Assembly (NCBI GenBank): GCA_964385645.1
Contig: CAYLPT010000070.1
Coordinates: forward strand, 14,538 to 78,537
Length of the DNA stretch: 64,000 nucleotides
DNA from: an uncultured bacterium
Lineage (GTDB): Bacteria > Armatimonadota > Hebobacteria > Hebobacterales > Hebobacteraceae
Reading direction: 5' to 3'
Shown here one piece after another: positions 1 to 7,964 of this stretch. The notes beneath the pieces were generated by a model that was not told the DNA's origin, did no database searches, and saw only the letters and a program-made list of their open reading frames with translations. Each line of letters begins with the position of its first letter. Positions within the stretch are counted from its first letter, which is position 1. Position numbers and translations under genes: made by a program.

Positions 1-1
1 G

Positions 2-160
2 TTCCTGACCGTGTCCGCGCACACGCGGCTCGCCACCTTCGACCCCCGGCTGGCGATGGGTGCGCTGCTGATCGTGCTCGCCATCGGGCTCGCGGCCGGC
101 GTCTACCCCGCGCTGCGGGCCAGCCGCCAAGAGCCCATAGAGGCCCTGCGGACCGAGTGA
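2..160 (+). CDS. 3' end of an ABC transporter permease (FtsX/MacB/LolE-type); 5' part lies outside the window
   Basis: Open frame from the window edge translating to ...GALLIVLAIGLAAGVYPALRASRQEPIEALRTE*, a typical FtsX-family C-terminal TM4 segment; followed after about 10 nt by a second FtsX permease gene. Confidence 0.55.
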   Translation, partial: FLTVSAHTRLATFDPRLAMGALLIVLAIGLAAGVYPALRASRQEPIEALRTE

Positions 161-171
161 GGACGGCCGAC

Positions 172-1392
172 ATGGACTACCTGCGACTGGCGCTGAAGAA
201 CATCCTGCGCCGCCGGCTCCGCAGCCTGCTGTCGGTGCTCGGGGTGGCGGCCGCGGTGGCCGTGCTCTACTCCCTGCTGGAGTTCCAGCGCGGCTACGAG
301 CGGGGGCTGAACCAGGAGCTCGAGCAGCTCGGCGCGCACATCATGGTGGTGCCCAAGGGCTGCCCCTATGAGGCCGCCACCATCGTGCTGCACGGCGGCA
401 AGTGGCCCCGCTACATGGAGGAGGAGTACTTCGGCCGCATCGCCGCCACGCCGGGCGTCGGCGATGCCGCCCCCATACTCATGGACGCCATCATTGACCC
501 GCAGGGCAGGGACAGCCGGATCTTCCTGGGCATCACGGATGAGTACCCGGCCCTGCGTTCGCGCTGGGAGCTCGTGGCAGGGACCGGCTTCAGCGGCCCC
601 GCGGCGAGGGAGGTCATCCTGGGCTCGACGATGGCGGAGCGCCTGCGGCTGTCCCCAGGCGACACCTTCGCCCTCCGCCAAGATGCCGCGGGACGGGCTG
701 CGGGCAAGCAGGACGCGGACCTCCGGGTGGCCGGAGTCCTGGCGCGAACCGGAACCCAGGACGATGGGCTCATCTTCCTTCCCCTGGCGACGGTGCAGGA
801 GCTGTTCAACCTCCCGGGCCGCATCGTGGTGGTGCTGGTGCGGGCCGAGCGCCTCGACTCCGGCGCCATCGAGCAGCTCTCCGATGACCTGCGAGCGCTC
901 GGCGGCAACATGAACATCTTCCCGCTCACCGAGTTAGTCGAGAACGCCGCCCAGCTCGTGCAAGCGACGCGGGTGTTCGTGTGGGCTATCGCGGCGGTGG
1001 CGATCGCGGTGAGCGCCGCCGGCGTCCTCAACACCATCCTGATGGCCGTGTTTGAGAGAAGGAAGGAGATCGGCATGATGAAGGCGGTCGGGGCGGGCCG
1101 CAAGGACGTCTTCGCCCTCATCTGGGCGGAGACCGTCCTCATCTGCCTCGGCGGCGGCCTGCTGGGGGTCAGCGCGGCCCTGCTGGGCTCCCGCGCCACC
1201 GAGTGGTTCCTGCGGGCGGCGCTCTCCTCTCAGTTCGCGGCCCTGCCCCGGACCACGCTGATCGGCTTCTCCCCCCCGCTCGCCGCCCTTTGCCTGGTTC
1301 TGGCGACCCTGGTCGGCATGATCGCCGGCTCCTATCCCGCCTGGCGCGCCGGCGCGGTGCGGCCCATCGAGGCGATCAGGGGAGCGGATTGA
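172..1392 (+). CDS. ABC transporter permease, FtsX/MacB-like (N-terminal TM, large periplasmic domain, three C-terminal TMs)
   Basis: ORF 157..1392; ATG at 172 preceded by GAGGACGG RBS; MDYLRLALKNILRRRLRSLLSVLGVAAAV start and C-terminal motif ...FERRKEIGMMKAVGAGRKDVFALIWAE... typical of the FtsX/MacB/LolCE family. Confidence 0.85.
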   Translation: MDYLRLALKNILRRRLRSLLSVLGVAAAVAVLYSLLEFQRGYERGLNQELEQLGAHIMVVPKGCPYEAATIVLHGGKWPRYMEEEYFGRIAATPGVGDAAPILMDAIIDPQGRDSRIFLGITDEYPALRSRWELVAGTGFSGPAAREVILGSTMAERLRLSPGDTFALRQDAAGRAAGKQDADLRVAGVLARTGTQDDGLIFLPLATVQELFNLPGRIVVVLVRAERLDSGAIEQLSDDLRALGGNMNIFPLTELVENAAQLVQATRVFVWAIAAVAIAVSAAGVLNTILMAVFERRKEIGMMKAVGAGRKDVFALIWAETVLICLGGGLLGVSAALLGSRATEWFLRAALSSQFAALPRTTLIGFSPPLAALCLVLATLVGMIAGSYPAWRAGAVRPIEAIRGAD

Positions 1393-1396
1393 CACC

Positions 1397-2116
1397 ATGA
1401 GTGCACGACCGCAGCCTGCCCACACTCATGGGCCTCACTCCGACGGCCCCCTGGTGGAGGCGGTGGACCTCGTCAAGGTCTACCTGCGCGGCGATGAGCG
1501 GGTGCAGGCCCTCCGCGGCGTATCGCTGTCCCTTCCCCCGGGCGACTTCTGCTGCCTGCTCGGCCCCAGCGGCGCGGGCAAGACCACCCTGCTCAACCTC
1601 GTGGGCGCGCTCGACACCCCTACCAGCGGGCGGCTCCGGGTGGCCGGGCTCAGTCTCCACGGGGGCCCCAGCCTTCCCGCGGCGGCGCGCGACCGCCTGC
1701 GGCGAGAGCGTATCGGATTCGTGTTCACCGAGTTCTTCCTCGTGCCTACCCTGTCGGCGATCGAGAATGTGTTGCTGCCGCAGCTCTGGACGGGCCGGCA
1801 GGACCGCCGCTACGCCGAGGAGCTGCTGGGGCGCGTCGGCCTGGGTGGGCGCTTGTCCCACCGGCCCTCGGAGCTGTCGGGCGGGGAGATGCAGCGGGTG
1901 GCGATCGCCCGCGCGCTGGCGAACCGACCGGCCCTGCTGCTCGCCGACGAGCCCACCGGCAATGTGGACACCGCCACCCGCGACGGGATCATGGCGCTCT
2001 TCCGGGAGCTGAATGCCGAGGGGCTCACCATCCTGCTCGCCACCCACGACCAGGAGCTGGCCGATGGGGTGGACCGGGTGCTGCCGCTGTCGGAGGGGAG
2101 GATCGCCGATGCTTGA
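1397..2116 (+). CDS. ABC transporter ATP-binding protein (MacB/LolD-like)
   Basis: Walker A GPSGAGKTTLLN, signature LSGGEMQRVAIARAL, Walker B LLLADEPTGNVD; start 4 nt after the upstream permease stop. Confidence 0.9.
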   Translation: MSARPQPAHTHGPHSDGPLVEAVDLVKVYLRGDERVQALRGVSLSLPPGDFCCLLGPSGAGKTTLLNLVGALDTPTSGRLRVAGLSLHGGPSLPAAARDRLRRERIGFVFTEFFLVPTLSAIENVLLPQLWTGRQDRRYAEELLGRVGLGGRLSHRPSELSGGEMQRVAIARALANRPALLLADEPTGNVDTATRDGIMALFRELNAEGLTILLATHDQELADGVDRVLPLSEGRIADA

Positions 2117-2807
2117 GGGCAACACCGCGCCCCTCGTCGAGGCGCGCGACCTCTGGCGCACCTACCGCCGCGGGTCCGAGACCATCCACGCGCTGGCCGG
2201 CGTCAGCCTGAGTGTGCGGCCGGGCGAGATGGTCGGCGTCGTCGGCCGCTCGGGCTCGGGTAAGACCACGCTCCTCAACCAGATCGGGTGCCTCGATCGG
2301 CCGACGAGGGGGACCATCCACATCGCCGGCCGAGAGGTCACCGCGCTGGGCGAGCGCGACCTGGTCGCCTTCCGGCGGGACCACATCGGTTTCATCTTCC
2401 AGCTCTTCTACCTCATCCCGACGCTCACCGCCCTCGAGAACGTCGAGCTGCCCATGGTCTTCGCCCGCGACCGGGAGCGCAGGGCCCGGGCCGAGGAGGC
2501 GCTCTGCCGCGTCGGCATGACCGACTTCGGGGCCCTCCCCCGCCAACTCAACGGCGGGGACATGCAGCGCGTCGCCATCGCCCGCGCCCTCGTCCGGCGC
2601 CCCCGGCTGCTGCTCGCCGACGAGCCCACCGGCCGGCTCGAGGCCGCCGCGAAGGGGGCCATCATGGGCATCTTCCGCGACCTGACGGCCCAGGGCCTGG
2701 CGGTCGTGCTGGTCACGCACGACCCCACCCTCGCCGCCCAGTCCGACCGCGTGCTCGAGCTTCGCGACGGCCGCGCCGCATCCCTGGCCGAGGGGGCGCG
2801 CGCATGA
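2109..2807 (+). CDS. Second ABC transporter ATP-binding protein (paralog)
   Basis: ATG at 2109 overlaps the upstream stop (ATGCTTGA); Walker A GRSGSGKTTLLN, signature LNGGDMQRVAIARAL, Walker B LLLADEPTG. Confidence 0.9.
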   Translation: MLEGNTAPLVEARDLWRTYRRGSETIHALAGVSLSVRPGEMVGVVGRSGSGKTTLLNQIGCLDRPTRGTIHIAGREVTALGERDLVAFRRDHIGFIFQLFYLIPTLTALENVELPMVFARDRERRARAEEALCRVGMTDFGALPRQLNGGDMQRVAIARALVRRPRLLLADEPTGRLEAAAKGAIMGIFRDLTAQGLAVVLVTHDPTLAAQSDRVLELRDGRAASLAEGARA

Positions 2808-3889
2808 GCGCCGCTTGGCCCCTGTCCGCGGTGGTGGGGCTCTTACTCTGCGTCCGCACGGCCGCCACCGCCGCCCCCGAGGAGGCCCCGGCCGAGCGCC
2901 GCGGCCTCCGTGTGGCTCGCACCCAGGTGGATGGGCGCCTCGACCTCCAACTGATGCACATGGATGCCGAAGGGCTCGAGCCACACGTGATGGCCGCCGA
3001 GGCCGAGATACTCATCACCGTCGCCTCGGCCGAGCGGGACGTCCTGGACATCGCGCTCCAGTGGCCCTACTACACCGACATGCGGGGCGTGGACGGCCGG
3101 GGACGGGAGATGCACTTCGGCAACGCTTACCTCGTCTACCGCACCGGCTTCGGACGGCCCAATCTCCGGCTGGGGCAGTTCGTCGTGCCCTTCGGCAACC
3201 TGACCCACTATGAGACCCACACCTTCCCCCTCCAGAGCCTGTACCCCGAGAGCCTCGGGCTGCGCATTGACCGCGGCGCCAGTCTAGAGGGATACGCCGG
3301 CGAGTGGGACTGGTGGCTCGCGCTCACCGGAGGCAATGGCCCCCGCGCCGACAACGACCGCCAGCCGATCATGGTCGCCCGGGCGGCCCGCACCCACCAG
3401 ACGGCCGGCGGCGCTCTCACGCTCGGCCTCTCCGGTCTGCTGGGCCGGCAGATGCCCCGCTTCTCGCCCCTCGTGGACCCTCTGATGGACCATGATGGAG
3501 GCGAGCATGGGGGCCACGCGCCAGCGCTGGAGTTCGCCAATAAGCGCCGGCTGGCGCTCGACCTGGAGTATGTCGCGGGGCTCGACCTGTGGCGCGGCGA
3601 GGTCGTTCTCGGGGAAGACGGCGACGGACCCGCCCGCGGTGGGTTCGCGCAGTGGGGCAGGGCCCTCGGGGAGGGGCGGGAGGTCACGCTTCAGGCGGCC
3701 GGGTGGCAGCAGCCCTCAGGTCGCCGAATGCGGCTCGGCGCCGCGTACGGGCTGGAGCTCGACCCCACCACGACGCTGCGGCTCGCGGCCGAGCGCCGCG
3801 CCGGCCGCACTGACACGGGGAGCGCAAGGGACACCGTCGTGTGGCTCCAGGTGTTGCGGGAGCTGCCCGCGCTGGCTCCTGCGCGCTGA
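2804..3889 (+). CDS. Secreted β-barrel outer-membrane protein, porin-like (possibly phosphate-selective porin O/P-like)
   Basis: ATG at 2804 overlaps the upstream stop (ATGA); signal peptide MSAAWPLSAVVGLLLCVRTAATAAP; alternating amphipathic β-strand pattern and aromatic-rich segments (FGNAYLVYRTGFGRPNLRLGQFVVPFG). The longer track ORF 2288..3889 is an upstream-extension artefact. Confidence 0.55.
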   Translation: MSAAWPLSAVVGLLLCVRTAATAAPEEAPAERRGLRVARTQVDGRLDLQLMHMDAEGLEPHVMAAEAEILITVASAERDVLDIALQWPYYTDMRGVDGRGREMHFGNAYLVYRTGFGRPNLRLGQFVVPFGNLTHYETHTFPLQSLYPESLGLRIDRGASLEGYAGEWDWWLALTGGNGPRADNDRQPIMVARAARTHQTAGGALTLGLSGLLGRQMPRFSPLVDPLMDHDGGEHGGHAPALEFANKRRLALDLEYVAGLDLWRGEVVLGEDGDGPARGGFAQWGRALGEGREVTLQAAGWQQPSGRRMRLGAAYGLELDPTTTLRLAAERRAGRTDTGSARDTVVWLQVLRELPALAPAR

Positions 3890-3918
3890 CCGGCCGGCGG
3901 GCGCCCACCAGCGGCGGG

Positions 3919-3947
3919 TTGACGCCCGCGCCGCGACTGGCTATCAT
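3919..3947 (+). promoter_or_regulatory. Near-consensus σ70-type promoter TTGACG-N17-TATCAT
   Basis: ttgacg (3919-3924), 17-nt spacer, tatcat (3942-3947); about 65 nt upstream of a small ORF with a GGGAGG RBS; conspicuous in a 70% GC background. Confidence 0.4.
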
Positions 3948-4012
3948 GCCTACCGGGATCAGGGCCCCCGGCCGGCGGCCCCGACGGAGGCAGCTTCAGG
4001 GAGGCGGATGAA

Positions 4013-4261
4013 ATGTCGGCGACAGAGCGGAAGGTCGCCATCGTGCTGGCGGTCCTGCTGGCACTGGTGGTTGTGGCGTATGTGACGGCCGGAGGAGGCC
4101 TGCGCGCGGGGACGGCGGCCGGCGAGGTCTCTCCTGCGGGCCACGTGCACGGCCCCGGGTGCACGCACGACCACGCGGCCCCAGCAGCCAGCGAGCCGGG
4201 CTGCGAGGACGAGCACGGAAGCGATGTCCTCGCCCCCTACCTCCAGCCGGAGGGCCGCTAG
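4013..4261 (+). CDS. Small single-pass membrane protein with His/Cys-rich tail (possible metal-binding protein)
   Basis: RBS AGGGAGGCGG 8 nt upstream of ATG; one TM helix (VAIVLAVLLALVVVAYV) then HVHGPGCTHDH...GCEDEHGSD; consensus promoter upstream. Confidence 0.45.
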   Translation: MSATERKVAIVLAVLLALVVVAYVTAGGGLRAGTAAGEVSPAGHVHGPGCTHDHAAPAASEPGCEDEHGSDVLAPYLQPEGR

Positions 4262-4415
4262 CGCCGGCCGCGGCAGCCCGGCCCGGGAGCCTTCGCCCAC
4301 ACGCCCTCCTGCTTGGCCCCGGCGGCGATCGTGGCCGCTGACCACGGGGAGTTCCACGGTCCGATCCCCGGCATGTTGGACCTGCCCCGCGCTCTCCCCC
4401 TCGCGGTCATGCGGC

Positions 4416-5417
4416 TCAACTGGAGCTCGGCCTACGCGTTCCACCGGGGCTACCGCGAGGCGGCCGGCACCGTGGCGGGAGGGAGCACACCGCCAGCAAC
4501 AGGTCGCCGGTGAGCAGGGAGACCGGCAGGCGCTGGAGCGATGATTCGATGTGGAGGCCGAGGCGCCCCAGCCGCCGGAGGGGGAGCTGTCGGCCGATGC
4601 CCTTCAGCCTGTGGAGCCGGAAGTGCGCGCCCAGCAGGGCCCTGATCTCGGGGGCGGTGAAGTTGTAGTAGTAGATGGCGTCACCCCAGTGGTAGCCTTG
4701 TTTGGCGCAGTCGGGCCGGCGGAGAAGATGGCGGAGGCGCTTGCGCAGGGAGTGGTTGTAGGCGGACACGCAGCAGCGGCCGCCGGGCTTCAGCACCCGG
4801 GCCAGCTCGGCCACTGCCCGCCTCTGCTGCCCATCATGGGGCAGGTGCTGGAGCACCTGGGAGCTCAGGGCGCGGTCGAAGGCGCGCGCAAGGAAGGGCA
4901 TGTGGCACACGTCCGCCTGGGCCAGGTGAAGGTTCGCCCCCAGGTGCGCGCAGCGCTCGCGGGCGGCGAGCAGGGAGTGAAAGGAGAAGTCCACCGCCAC
5001 CACCTCTCGGCACCGGGGGGCGTAGTGCTCGACCATGCGGCCGGTGCCGCAGCCCGCGTCGAGCACCCGGTCGGCCGCCCCAGGCTCGAGCGCGGCGAGC
5101 GTGGCGGGGATCTCAAGCGCGTCCTGGTATCCGGAGTCGCCCCACACCCAGGCCCGGCGGTCGCGGGTGCGCATCTCGCTGAGCTTGTCGCGCGCCACCC
5201 GGTCCCGGCGCGGGTGCTCTCTGGGCACTGGGCTGATGCTCTTGGGCAGCAGGACGGGGATCCCGTCGCGGATGGGGAACGCCCGGCCGCAGGCCGCGCA
5301 GGCCAGCTCGCCCGTGCCGACCTCCCCGTCGCCGAGACCGCCCGCCTCGGCCCTCAGCTCCAGGGGGTGAGAGCCGTCGTCTGGACAGCACAGCAGCCCG
5401 AGCAGACTCAGGTGCAT
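4416..5417 (-). CDS. Trm112-like zinc-ribbon domain fused to a class I SAM-dependent methyltransferase
   Basis: N-terminal LLCCPDDGSHPLEL...LACAACGRAFPIRDGIPVLL (Trm112p-like motif) followed by SAM-binding motif I VLDAGCGTGRM and motif post-I VVAVDFS. Confidence 0.75.
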   Translation of the reverse strand: MHLSLLGLLCCPDDGSHPLELRAEAGGLGDGEVGTGELACAACGRAFPIRDGIPVLLPKSISPVPREHPRRDRVARDKLSEMRTRDRRAWVWGDSGYQDALEIPATLAALEPGAADRVLDAGCGTGRMVEHYAPRCREVVAVDFSFHSLLAARERCAHLGANLHLAQADVCHMPFLARAFDRALSSQVLQHLPHDGQQRRAVAELARVLKPGGRCCVSAYNHSLRKRLRHLLRRPDCAKQGYHWGDAIYYYNFTAPEIRALLGAHFRLHRLKGIGRQLPLRRLGRLGLHIESSLQRLPVSLLTGDLLLAVCSLPPRCRPPRGSPGGTRRPSSS

Positions 5418-5513
5418 GCTCGCTCCCGGCAGGGGGCTTCATCGGGCGAGCGCCATCGGGCCGCCCTCTGACGGTGCGCCGCGACCTCATGGTACCCGCC
5501 GGCCGCGGTGAGG

Positions 5514-6719
5514 TCAAGGCAAGCCTGGGCCGCTGCCGGCACACCCGGGTCCGCTGTCGCCTCCCCGTGGTGGCGCCCCCGAGCTGGCGCGGCGGCGCGC
5601 GACCACCGCCGCCAATCGGTAGGCGCGGCTGCGCCAAGAGGGCGCGTACCGGCGCAGGGTCACGATTTGGCGGCGGCGAGACGCCAGGCGGCGTTTGTGC
5701 TCGAAGTCCCCCGCTAGCAGGTCACACCGGCGGAAGCGCCGGGCCTCGATGCAGTGCTCAATGGCCATCACCGTCAACACCTCCCCCACGCTGTCCTGCG
5801 GCCGGGGGTTTCGGTACCCGTGGTACCACAGGTAGCACACCTCGCCCTGCAACAGGGCGACGTCCAGGCCGGCCGGCTCACCGTCAAGCGTGAGGCGGAG
5901 CAGGCGAACGGCTCCGGTCGGGTAGAGGGAGTGTAGGAACCGGCCCACAAACTCCACGTGCGCCGGGTCGTCGAAGAGGGTCGGCTCGCCCCTCCCCCGC
6001 CACCGCTCGCGGACCATCTCGACGAGCGCCTGCCAGTCGCGCTCCAGCTCCTCCTGGGCCCCGCACACAGACAGCTCGGCCCGATAGCGGCGGGACAGCC
6101 GGCCGCGGTCCCGCCGCAGGTGCTTGCGCGTGCTTCGCCTCATGCCGGCCAGGTATTCCTCGAAGCTCGCCGGCAGCTCGACGAACAGGCCCCAGTCCTG
6201 AGGAACGACCTCGAAGGGCCGGCCCCGCCGCTCCGCCTCCTGGCGCACTATGCCCAGGGCCTGGCTGTCCTCCCGGACCCCGCGCAGGACAATCCGGTCC
6301 CAGCCGCGCTCCGCCTCCAGGTGGTCGAGAAGGGCGGCGGCGCAAGCCTCGGCCCGGCCGCGGTGGAAGATGACATCAGCATACGGGGCCACCATCCCGC
6401 CCGTATCCGCGAAGCGCAGCTCCCTCAGACCACCCTCCCACCATCTCTTGCGGTGCCACATCAAGGGCACGATGCCGACCAGCCCTCCCCGGTCGCGCAG
6501 CACGAGGGTGTGCATCGCGCTCCCGGCGCCGAACACCTCCCACCAGTGGTAGTGCCATTCCCAGGTCTGGAACGGGGTGGGGGAGAGGGACTCCGGCAGC
6601 AGCGCCTGCCACTCCTCCCTCAGCGCGGCCAGCCCCTCCAGGTCGGCCACCACGTTGGGGGACATGCCCCCCGCGTCCACCGGCTGGGCCCCTCCCGGCG
6701 CGGGGGCCCGCGACTGCAT
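5514..6719 (-). CDS. CelD/FemAB-like GNAT-fold acyltransferase (BioF2-like / Acetyltransf_6 family)
   Basis: TPFQTWEWHYHWWEVFG and downstream conservation resemble CelD/FemABX-type acyltransferases; ATG at 6719..6717 overlaps the upstream stop (TGATG), implying translational coupling. The track ORF extends to 6800. Confidence 0.6.
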   Translation of the reverse strand: MQSRAPAPGGAQPVDAGGMSPNVVADLEGLAALREEWQALLPESLSPTPFQTWEWHYHWWEVFGAGSAMHTLVLRDRGGLVGIVPLMWHRKRWWEGGLRELRFADTGGMVAPYADVIFHRGRAEACAAALLDHLEAERGWDRIVLRGVREDSQALGIVRQEAERRGRPFEVVPQDWGLFVELPASFEEYLAGMRRSTRKHLRRDRGRLSRRYRAELSVCGAQEELERDWQALVEMVRERWRGRGEPTLFDDPAHVEFVGRFLHSLYPTGAVRLLRLTLDGEPAGLDVALLQGEVCYLWYHGYRNPRPQDSVGEVLTVMAIEHCIEARRFRRCDLLAGDFEHKRRLASRRRQIVTLRRYAPSWRSRAYRLAAVVARRRASSGAPPRGGDSGPGCAGSGPGLP

Positions 6720-7750
6720 CACGATCCTCCCCCGGCGCGCTCGGCCGGCGTGCGGCGGCCGCCACAGCGGACGAACGCCCGGCAGGCAGCGTCCTGCCAT
6801 TCGGGCTTGACGCCGATGGAGGGCATGTCCTGGTAGAAGCCCGCGATGAACCCGCCATCGAACGCCCCCAGCTTCTCAACCAGCTCCCGCGCGAAGGCCT
6901 CGATCCTGGCTATGTCTCCCGTCGGCAGCACTTGCTGCACGTCCACCGGACACCAGAACGCAACCTTGCCCCCAAACGCCTCCGCCAGGCGGTCCACGCC
7001 GAACAGACCTGGCTGGTCGAGCTGCAGCACCGAGACACCGCACTCGATCAAGTCGGGGATGATGTCCCGGATGTAGCCGCAGGAGTGCATCCACACCGTC
7101 AGGCCGCACCGTCTCGCCACCTCGCAAAGACTCGCGTAGTCGGGCTTGAACACCTCCCGCCACATTCTGGGGCTGACCAGCAAGCGGTCCTGAGTCCCCC
7201 AGTCCTCCCAGATCAGCACCGCGTCCGCGCCCACCCGCGCCCAGTTCTCGACACACCGCGCCAGCAACGGCACCACCCGCTCCCGCAGCCGCTTTACCTC
7301 TCCGGGGTTGGCGGCCAGATCCTGCAGGAACACGTCCATACGCCGCAGGTAGCGCATCACGTCGAACGGGAAGTGCCCCAGGCCGCCCAGCCGATACCGC
7401 TCCGGCTCCCGCGCGAATGCCTGCCGGGCCTCCTCATATCGCGCCGGGTCGTCAATGCTGGGCATCACGTAGTCGTCGAGGTCGGACCAGTCCCTCAGCG
7501 CGCCCTCGACCACCTGGCCCTTCGAGAACTCATCCACCCGAGCCCACACATTGCCCCACTCGTCCTCCCACTTCGCCCCCCGCTCGACCTCAAACGTCCT
7601 CCTGGGTCGCCACCCCGGATCGGGCGCCAGATGCCCCCAGACGAAGTCGTTGGGGTAGGGCGGCGGCAGCGACATGGCGACGCGCTCCGGCCCCTCGAAG
7701 CGGATCGTCCGGAGCACGATCTCCCGTGGCGTCATCTCCCCTCCTGGCAT
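6719..7750 (-). CDS. Uroporphyrinogen decarboxylase (URO-D)/MtaA-family protein
   Basis: 343 aa; URO-D/methylcobamide:CoM methyltransferase-like TIM-barrel features including a WMHSCGYIRDIIPDLIECGVSVLQLDQP segment (HxCG motif); first gene of a three-gene minus-strand operon. Confidence 0.6.
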   Translation of the reverse strand: MPGGEMTPREIVLRTIRFEGPERVAMSLPPPYPNDFVWGHLAPDPGWRPRRTFEVERGAKWEDEWGNVWARVDEFSKGQVVEGALRDWSDLDDYVMPSIDDPARYEEARQAFAREPERYRLGGLGHFPFDVMRYLRRMDVFLQDLAANPGEVKRLRERVVPLLARCVENWARVGADAVLIWEDWGTQDRLLVSPRMWREVFKPDYASLCEVARRCGLTVWMHSCGYIRDIIPDLIECGVSVLQLDQPGLFGVDRLAEAFGGKVAFWCPVDVQQVLPTGDIARIEAFARELVEKLGAFDGGFIAGFYQDMPSIGVKPEWQDAACRAFVRCGGRRTPAERAGGGS

Positions 7751-7922
7751 CAGCGAAGCCCTTCACAGATGAATTCGACCGCCGCACAGGGCATGTCCTG
7801 CCTGGCGCAGGGCATGCGGGAGGGCAACCGGACCGGGGCATCCCGGTGACAGCCCTGGGACACGGGGCCGGTGTTCACACAATCTTCGGAGGGTAGCCGG
7901 CTGGCCGAAACAATGTGCGAGT

Positions 7923-7935
7923 TACATATATTGTA
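7923..7935. promoter_or_regulatory. 13-bp palindrome TACATATATTGTA in the only AT-rich island of the window; candidate operator overlapping the -10 region of the TonB-dependent receptor gene
   Basis: tacatatattgta is a perfect inverted repeat (TACA-N5-TGTA) about 30 nt upstream of the receptor start; the direct repeat gcagggcatg occurs twice at about 7787-7824. Confidence 0.35.
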
Positions 7936-7964
7936 GGAGACAGAACCCTGTGAGGAGGAGAGGG

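Noticed and set aside
103-681. Many long reverse-strand or alternative-frame ORFs (for example 103..681-, 411..1199-, 2025..2984-, 8355..9029-, 9778..10575-, 19337..20005-, 21160..22356-, 57954..59135-) rich in Ala/Arg/Pro/Gly
   Set aside because: They overlap well-supported genes on the opposite strand or in another frame, have low-complexity composition typical of stop-codon-poor 70% GC DNA, and lack RBSs or recognisable domains
2288-2803. N-terminal 170-aa extension of ORF 2288..3889
   Set aside because: The extension overlaps the second ABC ATPase gene; the internal ATG at 2804 coincides with that gene's stop (ATGA) and is followed by a canonical signal peptide, so it is the real start
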